Assembly: GCA_964019335.1 (NCBI GenBank)
Contig: OZ025648.1
Coordinates: forward strand, 1,127,309 to 1,191,308
Reading direction: 5' to 3'
Source: Diplonema japonicum
Lineage: Eukaryota > Protista > Euglenozoa: Diplonemea
Length of the DNA stretch: 64,000 bases
Numbering within the stretch: position 1 is the stretch's first letter; the number at the start of each line of letters is the position of its first letter. Of this stretch, positions 42,642-51,288 are shown piece by piece. The notes beneath the pieces were generated by a model. That model saw nothing but the letters and a program-made list of their open reading frames with translations. It was not told the DNA's origin and did no database searches. The position numbers and the translations under genes were made by a program.

Positions 42642-44183
42642 ATGAAGCGCGCGGTTGTGTGTTTGGGGTTATTGCTCTTCGCAGGACAGAGCTCTGGTTT
42701 CAGTGTCAAGCTGACGGGAACTGCTAAAATCGGAGAAAGCAAGGGGAAGGGAAAATACTGGAAGCCTGGTGGCGGTGTTGGGTTCGGGCAGGGCCACATG
42801 GCCATGACTGTCAAAACTAGCTCAAAGGGAAACGAGAACAAAGTGGTGTTCACTGTTAACGGGGGCGACAACTTTCAGGAGTACCAAGGAGATGAGGCCT
42901 TTTGCGGGCTTAAGTCTTTCGTGATCGAAGACAAGAACACGAGAGTCTGCCCAGATGAGTCGCAGCAGGCACCGGATGATGACAGCATTAAAATGCCGGT
43001 TGTCGAATGGTCTATATCAGCAGGCGGTATCATGTCCAGCTCTTCAATGGAGGCAAAGCGTCCCGAAGCAAAGTTGACTGTGTGGACACAAGCCATTAAG
43101 CGGGAAACACCTAGGAAGGTTAGGTTCGGTGACAACCTGTTGGATATGAAAGACAAGAAACTGATGTTCAGACTCGCCGAGATCACCTTCCCGCCTGCAG
43201 AGGATGAGGACGAGGAAGACGACAGCGTTCACAACGTTATCTTGAAGTCGCAGGACGGGGGCTACTCATGGTTTTACTTAGGTACGCTCCCCATTGAGCT
43301 TGGAAAGGAAAACACACTCGAAAGGCAAGGCGAGAACGGATTCATTGTGTATACCAAGGCCAACAACACGATATTCTCAGTGGCTAGCAAGACCTTGGGC
43401 AGGAAGTGGGGCAACGCCACCGAAGTGAGCCATTTCCAAAATCTCCCTTCGTACCTGAACACAAGATTCACGTCCATTATGGCAGGTGGGAGGGGCACGC
43501 CGTCGCTTGCTGCTATCGGTGGCAAGAAGGGATCCGAGAAGTTCTTCAACCTCGCAAGGCACCACAACGACATGCTGGAAGACGCACACGACTACCCCGA
43601 GGGGTTCTTGAAGGCCACTGAGAAAGAGAGCAACGCCGAGTGTGAGAAGGGTGCTGACGAAGAGAAGTGCGCGTCTAGCGGCCACGTGTCGATTTCCTCG
43701 TTCGGCGAGGACCCTGACAACAAGAACCTGACGAAGATCATGATGTGCTATGACAAGGTGGCCGGGTGGGACTCAGAGGACCAGGACGCGATCTATTGCA
43801 TGAAGGGTCACGTCAACGAAACAACAGAGCTGGTTGCACATGAAGCTAAGATGAAGAAAAGGGAAGAGAAAAAGAAGCAGGAGCAAGAGGCTAGGGAGCG
43901 TGCTCAGAAGTACGCTGAAGAACAGAGGCAGAGGAAGAAGCAGGAAAAGAGGGAGAAGGACAGGAAGGTCAGGATGCAAAGGCAAGAGTGGGCGAAGATT
44001 GACAACGAAGTGTACATCGTGCCCGCGAAGGTGGACTACTTGGAGGACGGGGACTTTGTTGTCGTTCGTGACCTCGGCAAGCACGCCATGTACGCTGATT
44101 TCATGGAAGAGACAGTGGGTCTCCCGAACAAGGAGGACCTCACCAAAGAGGCTGAAAGTGAAGCAGCTGAAGAGGAAAAGTAG
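42642..44183 (+). CDS. Secreted/lumenal protein with Asp-box (BNR)-like motifs and charged coiled coil
   Basis: Signal peptide MKRAVVCLGLLLFAGQSSG; SQDGGYSW and SKTLGRKW match S-x-D-x-G-x-x-W (second degenerate). Confidence 0.7.
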   Translation: MKRAVVCLGLLLFAGQSSGFSVKLTGTAKIGESKGKGKYWKPGGGVGFGQGHMAMTVKTSSKGNENKVVFTVNGGDNFQEYQGDEAFCGLKSFVIEDKNTRVCPDESQQAPDDDSIKMPVVEWSISAGGIMSSSSMEAKRPEAKLTVWTQAIKRETPRKVRFGDNLLDMKDKKLMFRLAEITFPPAEDEDEEDDSVHNVILKSQDGGYSWFYLGTLPIELGKENTLERQGENGFIVYTKANNTIFSVASKTLGRKWGNATEVSHFQNLPSYLNTRFTSIMAGGRGTPSLAAIGGKKGSEKFFNLARHHNDMLEDAHDYPEGFLKATEKESNAECEKGADEEKCASSGHVSISSFGEDPDNKNLTKIMMCYDKVAGWDSEDQDAIYCMKGHVNETTELVAHEAKMKKREEKKKQEQEARERAQKYAEEQRQRKKQEKREKDRKVRMQRQEWAKIDNEVYIVPAKVDYLEDGDFVVVRDLGKHAMYADFMEETVGLPNKEDLTKEAESEAAEEEK

Positions 44184-44595
44184 ATAACAATTTAGGATAA
44201 AAGAAAGGGAAAAACCATTTTACCCACCCCCCATCACGCATAGTCATCAGCACATAATAACTCAATTTCGATGTCAAAGAGGTGACACAAGAGGTGACAA
44301 CGTGTGACTACGTGCCCCGCCCATCCTCCCCTTGCTGCAGGTATTACGGGTTTTGTTTTCTTTAATGATAGTGTTGAGGAGCTTCGTTGGAACAGGGATG
44401 TGGTTTGGAGGATGTCGTCTTTTTTTTTTTTTTTTTTTTTTTTTGAATCTTTTAGGGCTGTCTTCTTTTCGATGTAACACTACCTGTGGGGCTGCCCCCC
44501 CCCCCCCCCCCTCCACCCCACTGATCCCCCTGCTTCCAAAATTTTTGTCTTTTTTTTTTCGGTCTCATTTCACATCGTCTCAGTCCTGCAGGAAG

Positions 44596-45420
44596 ATGGA
44601 CCCCGTAACCTACCAGTACAACTATGAGAAGCTTGGGGTGGATGAATGTGTAAAACAGCACATAAAAAAAAACAGTAAAACAGGCGAGCTGTACGTGGAT
44701 TTGAGAGAAGATGATGCATTGAGGGCAGTGACAAAGGGCATCATGAAGATGCAGTATGGGATAGATTGGGACTTGCCAGAGGGCTTCCTGTGTCCCATGC
44801 TGCCCAACAGGGCGAAATACGTGGCATGGGTTGCTGAGCTAGTGAAGGGTGTTGACGGCAAGGTAGTAGGGATCGATGTAGGAACAGGGGCTTCGGTTGT
44901 GTACCCACTGCTAGCAGTAGACAAGCACCCTGATTGGGAGATGATAGGGCTCGAGAAAGACAAGGTTTCTGTGAAGCACGGGCGGGCAATGCTGAAGAAG
45001 AATAGCATACGAAATATCCAGATCCATGAAACCGCCGAGTGCGCTGACACGATCTTCCTTCATTTCTTCGAAGAGAAAGTGATCAACGTCCCTATTACCT
45101 TCCTCATGTGCAATCCCCCGTTCTTCTCCGCAGCAGGCTTCAAGAGAAAGCGCAACGTGGGTGCCATCACCGATTCAGAGAACGCGACAGAAGAAGGCGA
45201 CATCGGGTTTGCGACACGGCTCTTGCAGGAGTCCGTCAAGCTCAACGCATCCGAGCTCCCGAAGATCCAGTGGTACACATTAATGTTCGGCAGGAAAGAG
45301 AGCATGAAGACATTCAGGAAGCAGCTGAACACCCTGCACCCACTGGTCAGCATGAGGTGCACTCAGTTCACGCTCGGCAAGACGACACGATGGTTGGTCG
45401 GGTGGACGTTCACCCGGTGA
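44596..45420 (+). CDS. METTL16/RlmF-family RNA m6A methyltransferase (catalytic domain only, 274 aa)
   Basis: LPEGFLCPMLPNRAKYVAW, GIDVGTGASVVYPLL, MCNPPFF, WYTLMFGRK, GKTTRWLVGWTF. Confidence 0.88.
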   Translation: MDPVTYQYNYEKLGVDECVKQHIKKNSKTGELYVDLREDDALRAVTKGIMKMQYGIDWDLPEGFLCPMLPNRAKYVAWVAELVKGVDGKVVGIDVGTGASVVYPLLAVDKHPDWEMIGLEKDKVSVKHGRAMLKKNSIRNIQIHETAECADTIFLHFFEEKVINVPITFLMCNPPFFSAAGFKRKRNVGAITDSENATEEGDIGFATRLLQESVKLNASELPKIQWYTLMFGRKESMKTFRKQLNTLHPLVSMRCTQFTLGKTTRWLVGWTFTR

Positions 45421-45473
45421 TGTTTGAACTGCAATGTCCCTCTTTTTAAAAACAACACAGGTGGGGAGGGGAA

Positions 45474-46952
45474 ATGGAACCCTTAAAGGAACGGCAGTTA
45501 CTCATTGTACGAGAATTGGGAAACGGGGCTTTTGGTAAGGCGCTGCTTGTGCGGCATGCCACGACTAATGTGCCATATGTTGCTAAAGAAGTGAATTTGA
45601 AGGGCATGCTGAAGAGGGATGTCGACGACAGCAGGAATGAGGTGGCTGTCATGATGCAGCTGGAGCACCCAAACATTACGAAGTTTGTGAGCAGCTTTGA
45701 GGCGAATGAGAAGATCTACACCATCATGGAATATGCGGACGGGGGCGACTTGTCCATACGCATCCTGAAGCAGCAGAACACCAAGTGCCTGTTCTCAGAA
45801 GACGTCATCACAAACATTTTTATTCAAATCTGCTTGGCACTGAAGTACCTTCACCAGAAGCGTTTCCTCCACCGCGACATCAAGGTGCAGAACATCTTCC
45901 TCACGTCTTCAGACATTGTCAAGCTCGGAGACTTCGGCGTCTCGAAGCATGTGGGCACAGTGGGCATGGCAAGGACTGTCTGTGGCACATATAGCTACTT
46001 CTCCCCCGAGATGTGCAAGCGACAGGCATACTCAAACAAATCCGATGTCTTCGCTTTGGGTGTCGTGCTCTACGAAATGATGACGCTGGGCAAGAAGCCC
46101 TTTGTTGGTAAAGACGTTCCCGAGCTCCTTACGAATATTGCGAAAGGGAACATGGAGCCCCTCCCCAGCGGGCTCCCCTACTCCGCTGGGCTTGTCGATT
46201 TACTCTACAGCCTGCTGAAGCTTGATCCAAGTAGGAGACCTAGCATACCCGAGGTTCTGACTATTCCTTACATGCAAGGACAATTGAAGATCTTCGCTAG
46301 GCAGGCCATGGAAAAAGAAAAGTACTATAAAACGCAAGCACAGGTACCACTTGTGGAAACGCCACCCCCTTCGCCCTCGCCCGAACCTAAGCCAAAGAAG
46401 AAACTCCTCGGTGGGTTGTTCAGGAAGCGCCAATCATCACCTCAGCCGACGGCAGCCCCGTCTAAGGTAGATACTCGAGTGCGGATGGACAAGAAGAAGC
46501 TGGCAGGTCTTCTCAGCCAGCAGCCGAACGGCTACAAAGCCGAGCTTGATGCACTCAGTAAAGAAGGACAGAAAGCCCAATACACGAACTTGGAAGTATG
46601 TTTGCTACCCACCTTGTTTCTTAAACGTACACAGGCAACCGCGAGAGACTGCAAGCATTTAGTGAACCTAGCTTCTAGTCAAAACATGGAAGAGGGTGGT
46701 AAGAAAGAGTTTTTCGAATCTGAGGAGAAGGCGCAGCAGAGGGGTGACAAAATGAAAGAGTACCTTATGCTGACTTTGGGGTACGAGAAACTAGAGATGT
46801 GTAAGCAGGTCTTAGAAGGGGGTCATCCTGTAGATGTCTGCACATCGAAGTTGGCGGACATTGTAGGGGACAGCAAACTCGTGTCGTTGTTAATGGGCGA
46901 CTTTGGTGCATCCCAAGGACCGGAGTGTCAAGACGGTCGGTTTATTGTATAA
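45474..46952 (+). CDS. NIMA-related kinase (NEK); probable in-frame intron 46596-46634
   Basis: GNGAFGKA, YVAKE, MEYADGGDL, HRDIKVQNIFL, KLGDFG, YSNKSDV. True 3' end uncertain (possible further intron near 46936). Confidence 0.9.
   Translation: MEPLKERQLLIVRELGNGAFGKALLVRHATTNVPYVAKEVNLKGMLKRDVDDSRNEVAVMMQLEHPNITKFVSSFEANEKIYTIMEYADGGDLSIRILKQQNTKCLFSEDVITNIFIQICLALKYLHQKRFLHRDIKVQNIFLTSSDIVKLGDFGVSKHVGTVGMARTVCGTYSYFSPEMCKRQAYSNKSDVFALGVVLYEMMTLGKKPFVGKDVPELLTNIAKGNMEPLPSGLPYSAGLVDLLYSLLKLDPSRRPSIPEVLTIPYMQGQLKIFARQAMEKEKYYKTQAQVPLVETPPPSPSPEPKPKKKLLGGLFRKRQSSPQPTAAPSKVDTRVRMDKKKLAGLLSQQPNGYKAELDALSKEGQKAQYTNLEVCLLPTLFLKRTQATARDCKHLVNLASSQNMEEGGKKEFFESEEKAQQRGDKMKEYLMLTLGYEKLEMCKQVLEGGHPVDVCTSKLADIVGDSKLVSLLMGDFGASQGPECQDGRFIV
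46596..46634 (+). other. 39-nt in-frame, stop-free intron inside the NEK ORF
   Basis: GTATGT...GTACACAG; same donor, acceptor and size as the frame-restoring introns. Confidence 0.75.
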
Positions 46953-47355
46953 TGCCGCCGTCATCCTGCTATTAGCAGCCTGCTTCCGAAAGATTGGTTC
47001 ATATCAAACCATGATTTAAATATTTATTAGACTACTGACTGTCGAGCCTTCGGCAACTTCCCTTTCTGAGGGTGTCTGTTTTGTTCCGTTTTTTATTTTT
47101 TTCCTTTTAGCATGATGTTTTTTGTTTGCTTACCTGACGCTGTGCAGTGCCCCTGTTGTTTTCGTTCTGAGAGCTCTCGCGCTAGGAATACACGCGTTAT
47201 GAGGCCGTACAGAAGGTCCATCCCCGAAACAAAAACCATCCCGGTTACAACGCGAATATCAGTTTCGCTTTCCTGTGGCATGACCTGATCCGCTAATTTT
47301 ATTATTTTCTGATTTGAAGCACCATCTAATCACCGCACTGTAGGGAGACAACAAC

Positions 47356-48759
47356 ATGACACTTTTCTGCAACTCCATCTCCAGACTGCCATGGGACGTG
47401 GCTGCCGATGTGTTCGGCTTCTTGGACCCAGCAGACCTCTCGATGGTCGAACTCGTAAACAAGACGGTGCAGGGTGTCATCAGCAGGCGAAGATTGTGGC
47501 GGGTGGCGTACGAAGGCGAGTGCAGGGAAAAGAACTGGAGAATGCCTTGCAAGCTGCCCCCTTGCTGGAAGCGGTACTACCATCTGAGTAGAAAGGAGCG
47601 CAACATGGTGATCCAGCCCAGGATCGAGGGCAGCAGTGTGACCATTAGGTGGCGCATTTCCCTCCCCGAGGACGGCAAAGGGTTCAGACGGAGGTCAGCG
47701 GAGTTCAAGTTCTCAAATGACGCTCTTGGGCAGCCCATCAGGTGGCAGATCGAAGTGGAGCTGGATGATCACAACAAGGGCATGGTACGCATGTGGACCA
47801 CAAACAACTGGACAACGGATGCCACGAGGCACTACTACGGCTCGCACTGCACCATCAGTCTGAGGGACCCTGTCAACGGAAGCAACGTTCATGATGAGGT
47901 TCCTGTGGACATCGACAACTCAGCCGCGCTCACCTTCAACTCCAACATCATCTCGCCAGCAAGGGAGATGGTCGTCAGAGTGAACCTCACGCTTGCCCTT
48001 GAGCTCGCTGTGCCCTTGGACCCATTCTACGAGCTGATATCAGGCCGCAACACCCACGACTCCGACAACGTGAAGGTGGGATACTGCAAAGCTGTCTTTG
48101 AGGTTGCTAGGTGTCGCAGGAAGAATGGTGGTATTTTCGTCCGCAAGGAAGACCGACACATACACGAGCTGGTGATACTGGCGGGTAACGAAGAAACTAG
48201 CGCCGACCTCAGGGTGGAGGTTTTCCAGGCGTTGTTCAACCTTCTAGGACCGACCTCGATCCTGCTGGACAAGACTGTAGTGTTGGACTTGCTTCAGACA
48301 TGCTTCAGGTGTTTGAACAAGGTGCCCGTGCCTTGTCCTGTGTACCCTGTTGAAGAGATGACGACGGCGTGCTTGCTGGCGCAGAACACGTTGGGGACTA
48401 TATTCAACCTTCTGGTGCACCCGCTGACAAGGGAATCGATCACGCCCGACGCGCTTCGTGGTGTCACGCTGCTTCTCAACGACCCGACATACAGGATCTG
48501 TCACTTTTCCGTTATTACGGTGCTGCTCACTGTGCTCACGTGGGGGAAGCTCCCGATCTGCATGTACCACTTCTTGATTTCTACTACGAATGAGTTCATG
48601 TCCGCGAACAACCCCCTCGACTCAGACTGCACTGGTGTGGCATGGGACGAGTCTGATATCGCAGCTTTCTTCATCCCGCTACTGAGGTCGCGGCACCTTG
48701 TCGCAGTAAAGTTCGCTACGTGGTGTGTGGCGAAGTACTACTTCCCTGCCGAGTTGTAG
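47356..48759 (+). CDS. F-box protein with MATH-like and ARM/helical C-terminal regions
   Basis: ISRLPWDVAADVFGFLDPADLSMVELVNK..RLWR..CWKRYY. The other domains are tentative. Confidence 0.75.
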   Translation: MTLFCNSISRLPWDVAADVFGFLDPADLSMVELVNKTVQGVISRRRLWRVAYEGECREKNWRMPCKLPPCWKRYYHLSRKERNMVIQPRIEGSSVTIRWRISLPEDGKGFRRRSAEFKFSNDALGQPIRWQIEVELDDHNKGMVRMWTTNNWTTDATRHYYGSHCTISLRDPVNGSNVHDEVPVDIDNSAALTFNSNIISPAREMVVRVNLTLALELAVPLDPFYELISGRNTHDSDNVKVGYCKAVFEVARCRRKNGGIFVRKEDRHIHELVILAGNEETSADLRVEVFQALFNLLGPTSILLDKTVVLDLLQTCFRCLNKVPVPCPVYPVEEMTTACLLAQNTLGTIFNLLVHPLTRESITPDALRGVTLLLNDPTYRICHFSVITVLLTVLTWGKLPICMYHFLISTTNEFMSANNPLDSDCTGVAWDESDIAAFFIPLLRSRHLVAVKFATWCVAKYYFPAEL

Positions 48760-49466
48760 TCTGCTCTAAGCAGTTAATGTCCAACTTCGCAGCACGCACG
48801 TGTTGGCCGCTCCGTCGGTCTCGTCTTAATAGTCTCCCTTATATTGTATTGTACTTTGTATATTTATCTATCTCCCACCAACAAGGCCTAGTCTTACCCT
48901 CTTCCTCTCTTGTATTTTTCCCCCTTTCTTAACCCATACCCGTTCGTTCATTATTTTTTATTCTTGTTAAACTTGCTCGAGTCGGTTTTTTATTTTCTTT
49001 TTTAAAAAAAGTAATTAAAATGGGAGGAAAGAAGTATATGGCTCTTTTTTTTTGTAGTGCCAATGTAAGCTTTTTTTCTGGGGGGTGTTCTTTAAATTAC
49101 CCCTCCCCATTTCCCCCCAATGCCACGTAAACGATTACAATGCACTGGTATGTTGAGTTATTTCTCTTTCCTCCTTTTTTTTTCTGAAGGGTTTAGCGAC
49201 AGGGGCTGATGGCTAAGGTTTTTTTTTATTTCAGTGAACATCATTGTGAGTCGCTTTCACCCTTTCTTTGTAACTCTCATTAAATTAAAAAAGAAAAGAA
49301 AAGTAACCCCTCTTTTACAGACATTGAGTATACGAACCAGGGGAGCCGTCTTGCGGTCACTCCTATTTCTACATGTTTTGTACCCTACAACTCCCCTTCT
49401 GTCATAGCATTCATTATTTTGACCTTCAACGTGATTCATATAGGAACTTGTTTACTTTCACATAAA

Positions 49467-50720
49467 ATGCATCCTTGCGTGCATTCTTTCTTCTTGCTAC
49501 TTCTCTTGGCAGCAGGTTGTGAAGCGCTGTACGGAGCAAAGACAGATGTTCAAGTTGTTGACCCGAAAGGTCTGAAAGAGCTTCTTAAGGGCCCCAAGAT
49601 CGTGCTTCTTGAGTTTTTCGCGCCGTGGTGCGGGCATTGCAGAAACTTGGTGCCAGAGATGGAGAAGGCAGCCAAGGCCTTGAACGGTATAGTGACAGTC
49701 GCTGCTGTTGATGCCGACCAACACAAGGAACTTGCAGGGCAGTACCAGGTGCAGGGTTTCCCTACGATGCTCTTGTTCAACGACAATAGGAACAAGCCCC
49801 AGCAGTTCAACGGCGGCAGGACGGCAAAGGACATCGTGGCCTACTGCATGAGGGAAGCGAGCAAGGCTGTTGAGACCAGGTTGGGTGGAAAGTCAAGCAG
49901 CGGGTCGAAGAAGAGCGCCTCCAAGTCCAACGTCGTGGAGCTCACTGATGACAACTTTGAAGAGATGGTCCTGAACTCCAACGACCTGTGGATGGTCGAA
50001 TTCTATGCCCCGTGGTGCGGGCACTGCAAGAACCTCGCCCCTGAATGGGAGCAGGCTGCCAATGAGCTCAAGGGGAGCGTGAAGCTGGGCATGGTTGACG
50101 CCACTGTCCACCAGAAGTACTCATCCGTCTACGGTGTGCAAGGGTATCCTACTATCAAGGTCTTCGGCGCGTCCAAGGCGCACCCCGAGGACTACCAGGG
50201 GCAGAGGTCCGCCAACGGTATTGTGAAATTCGCACTCGAGAAGCTTGACTCCATGGGCATAGGGCCCGAGGTCAACGAAGCTGCCTCCAAACAGGAGCTC
50301 GTAGAAAACTGCATTGATAAGTCGAGGCTATGTGTTGTAGCTGTCCTGCCACATGTAATGGACACTGGAGCCGACGGGAGGAACAAGTACATCGAAACCT
50401 TGGTCGAAGCTGCTAAGAAGGTACGCTCCCGCCACCTCTCATTCATGTGGATCAGTGCGGGCAATCAGCCCGCCTTCGAAGAGGCATTCAACGTCCAGTA
50501 CAACTACCCTACCTTTGTGGCGGTCAACAGCAAAAAGATGTTGTACTCTGCGCATAAGGGCGCCTTCTCGACCGACGGCATCGTTAAGTCCCTCATAAGG
50601 ATTGAGTCTGGCCGCAGCCAGACAGCCGTTATCAAGAAAACGGATTTCCTCGAGAACTTCAAAGCTGTGGATCCCTGGGATGGCAAAGACTATGTGATGC
50701 CTGAAGAGGAAGAATTCTGA
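49467..50720 (+). CDS. PDIA6: Protein disulfide isomerase, P5/PDIA6 type
   Basis: Signal peptide, two APWCGHC thioredoxin domains, P5-type C-terminal domain (LCVVAVLPH..GRNKY..PWDGKD), acidic end EEEF. Confidence 0.92.
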   Translation: MHPCVHSFFLLLLLAAGCEALYGAKTDVQVVDPKGLKELLKGPKIVLLEFFAPWCGHCRNLVPEMEKAAKALNGIVTVAAVDADQHKELAGQYQVQGFPTMLLFNDNRNKPQQFNGGRTAKDIVAYCMREASKAVETRLGGKSSSGSKKSASKSNVVELTDDNFEEMVLNSNDLWMVEFYAPWCGHCKNLAPEWEQAANELKGSVKLGMVDATVHQKYSSVYGVQGYPTIKVFGASKAHPEDYQGQRSANGIVKFALEKLDSMGIGPEVNEAASKQELVENCIDKSRLCVVAVLPHVMDTGADGRNKYIETLVEAAKKVRSRHLSFMWISAGNQPAFEEAFNVQYNYPTFVAVNSKKMLYSAHKGAFSTDGIVKSLIRIESGRSQTAVIKKTDFLENFKAVDPWDGKDYVMPEEEEF

Positions 50721-51288
50721 GCTAACATAACGTGCTAAGCATAAGTGTTTGATCTTCGTACTTGTACGGGGCAAAGTGTTTCAGCCCCCAGACGGGCTGG
50801 ACACTATGGGTAACATAAAAAACAGTAAAAAGGGTACTTTCTAAAACAAGCTTCCCCCCTCTCCCCCCTTTTTTTCTTTGGTGGGTGCTGCTTACACTTG
50901 TATCAGATTGATTTCTGTGGGAGGTTTTATCTTCCCCCCGCTCTTTTTTTTTTGAAAGGGAACCAAACTGAACGTTAGTACATAAAGAGTTCGTCCTTTT
51001 GCATAACATTTGTAGCGATAAATGTCTTGCAACAGGGATTATCCTTAAGTGCACTAAAGATGTTTGTATACTCTGCTCGGCAATAAGTTTAGGTGCTCAC
51101 AGAACTCTGTTCCTCGAGCAACCGCAGCACGGCTTCAGCCGCACCAAGCGGCATATCGACAACTGCAGCGTGATAATTAGTGTGAATTTCTTGAGCAGTA
51201 AGCACCTCTCACTTTTATCGATTTTTTTAAAAGGTTTTATTTGTGTGATTTTTCAGTCAGCACAACCAACAGACCCGATGTACACAGA

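Noticed and set aside
46936-46978. Possible terminal intron in the NEK gene
   Set aside because: Donor GTCGG does not match the local consensus and no motif validates the extra exon.
47110-47290. Possible C/D snoRNA (ATGATG...CTGA)
   Set aside because: Imperfect C box, no clear terminal stem or recognisable guide.
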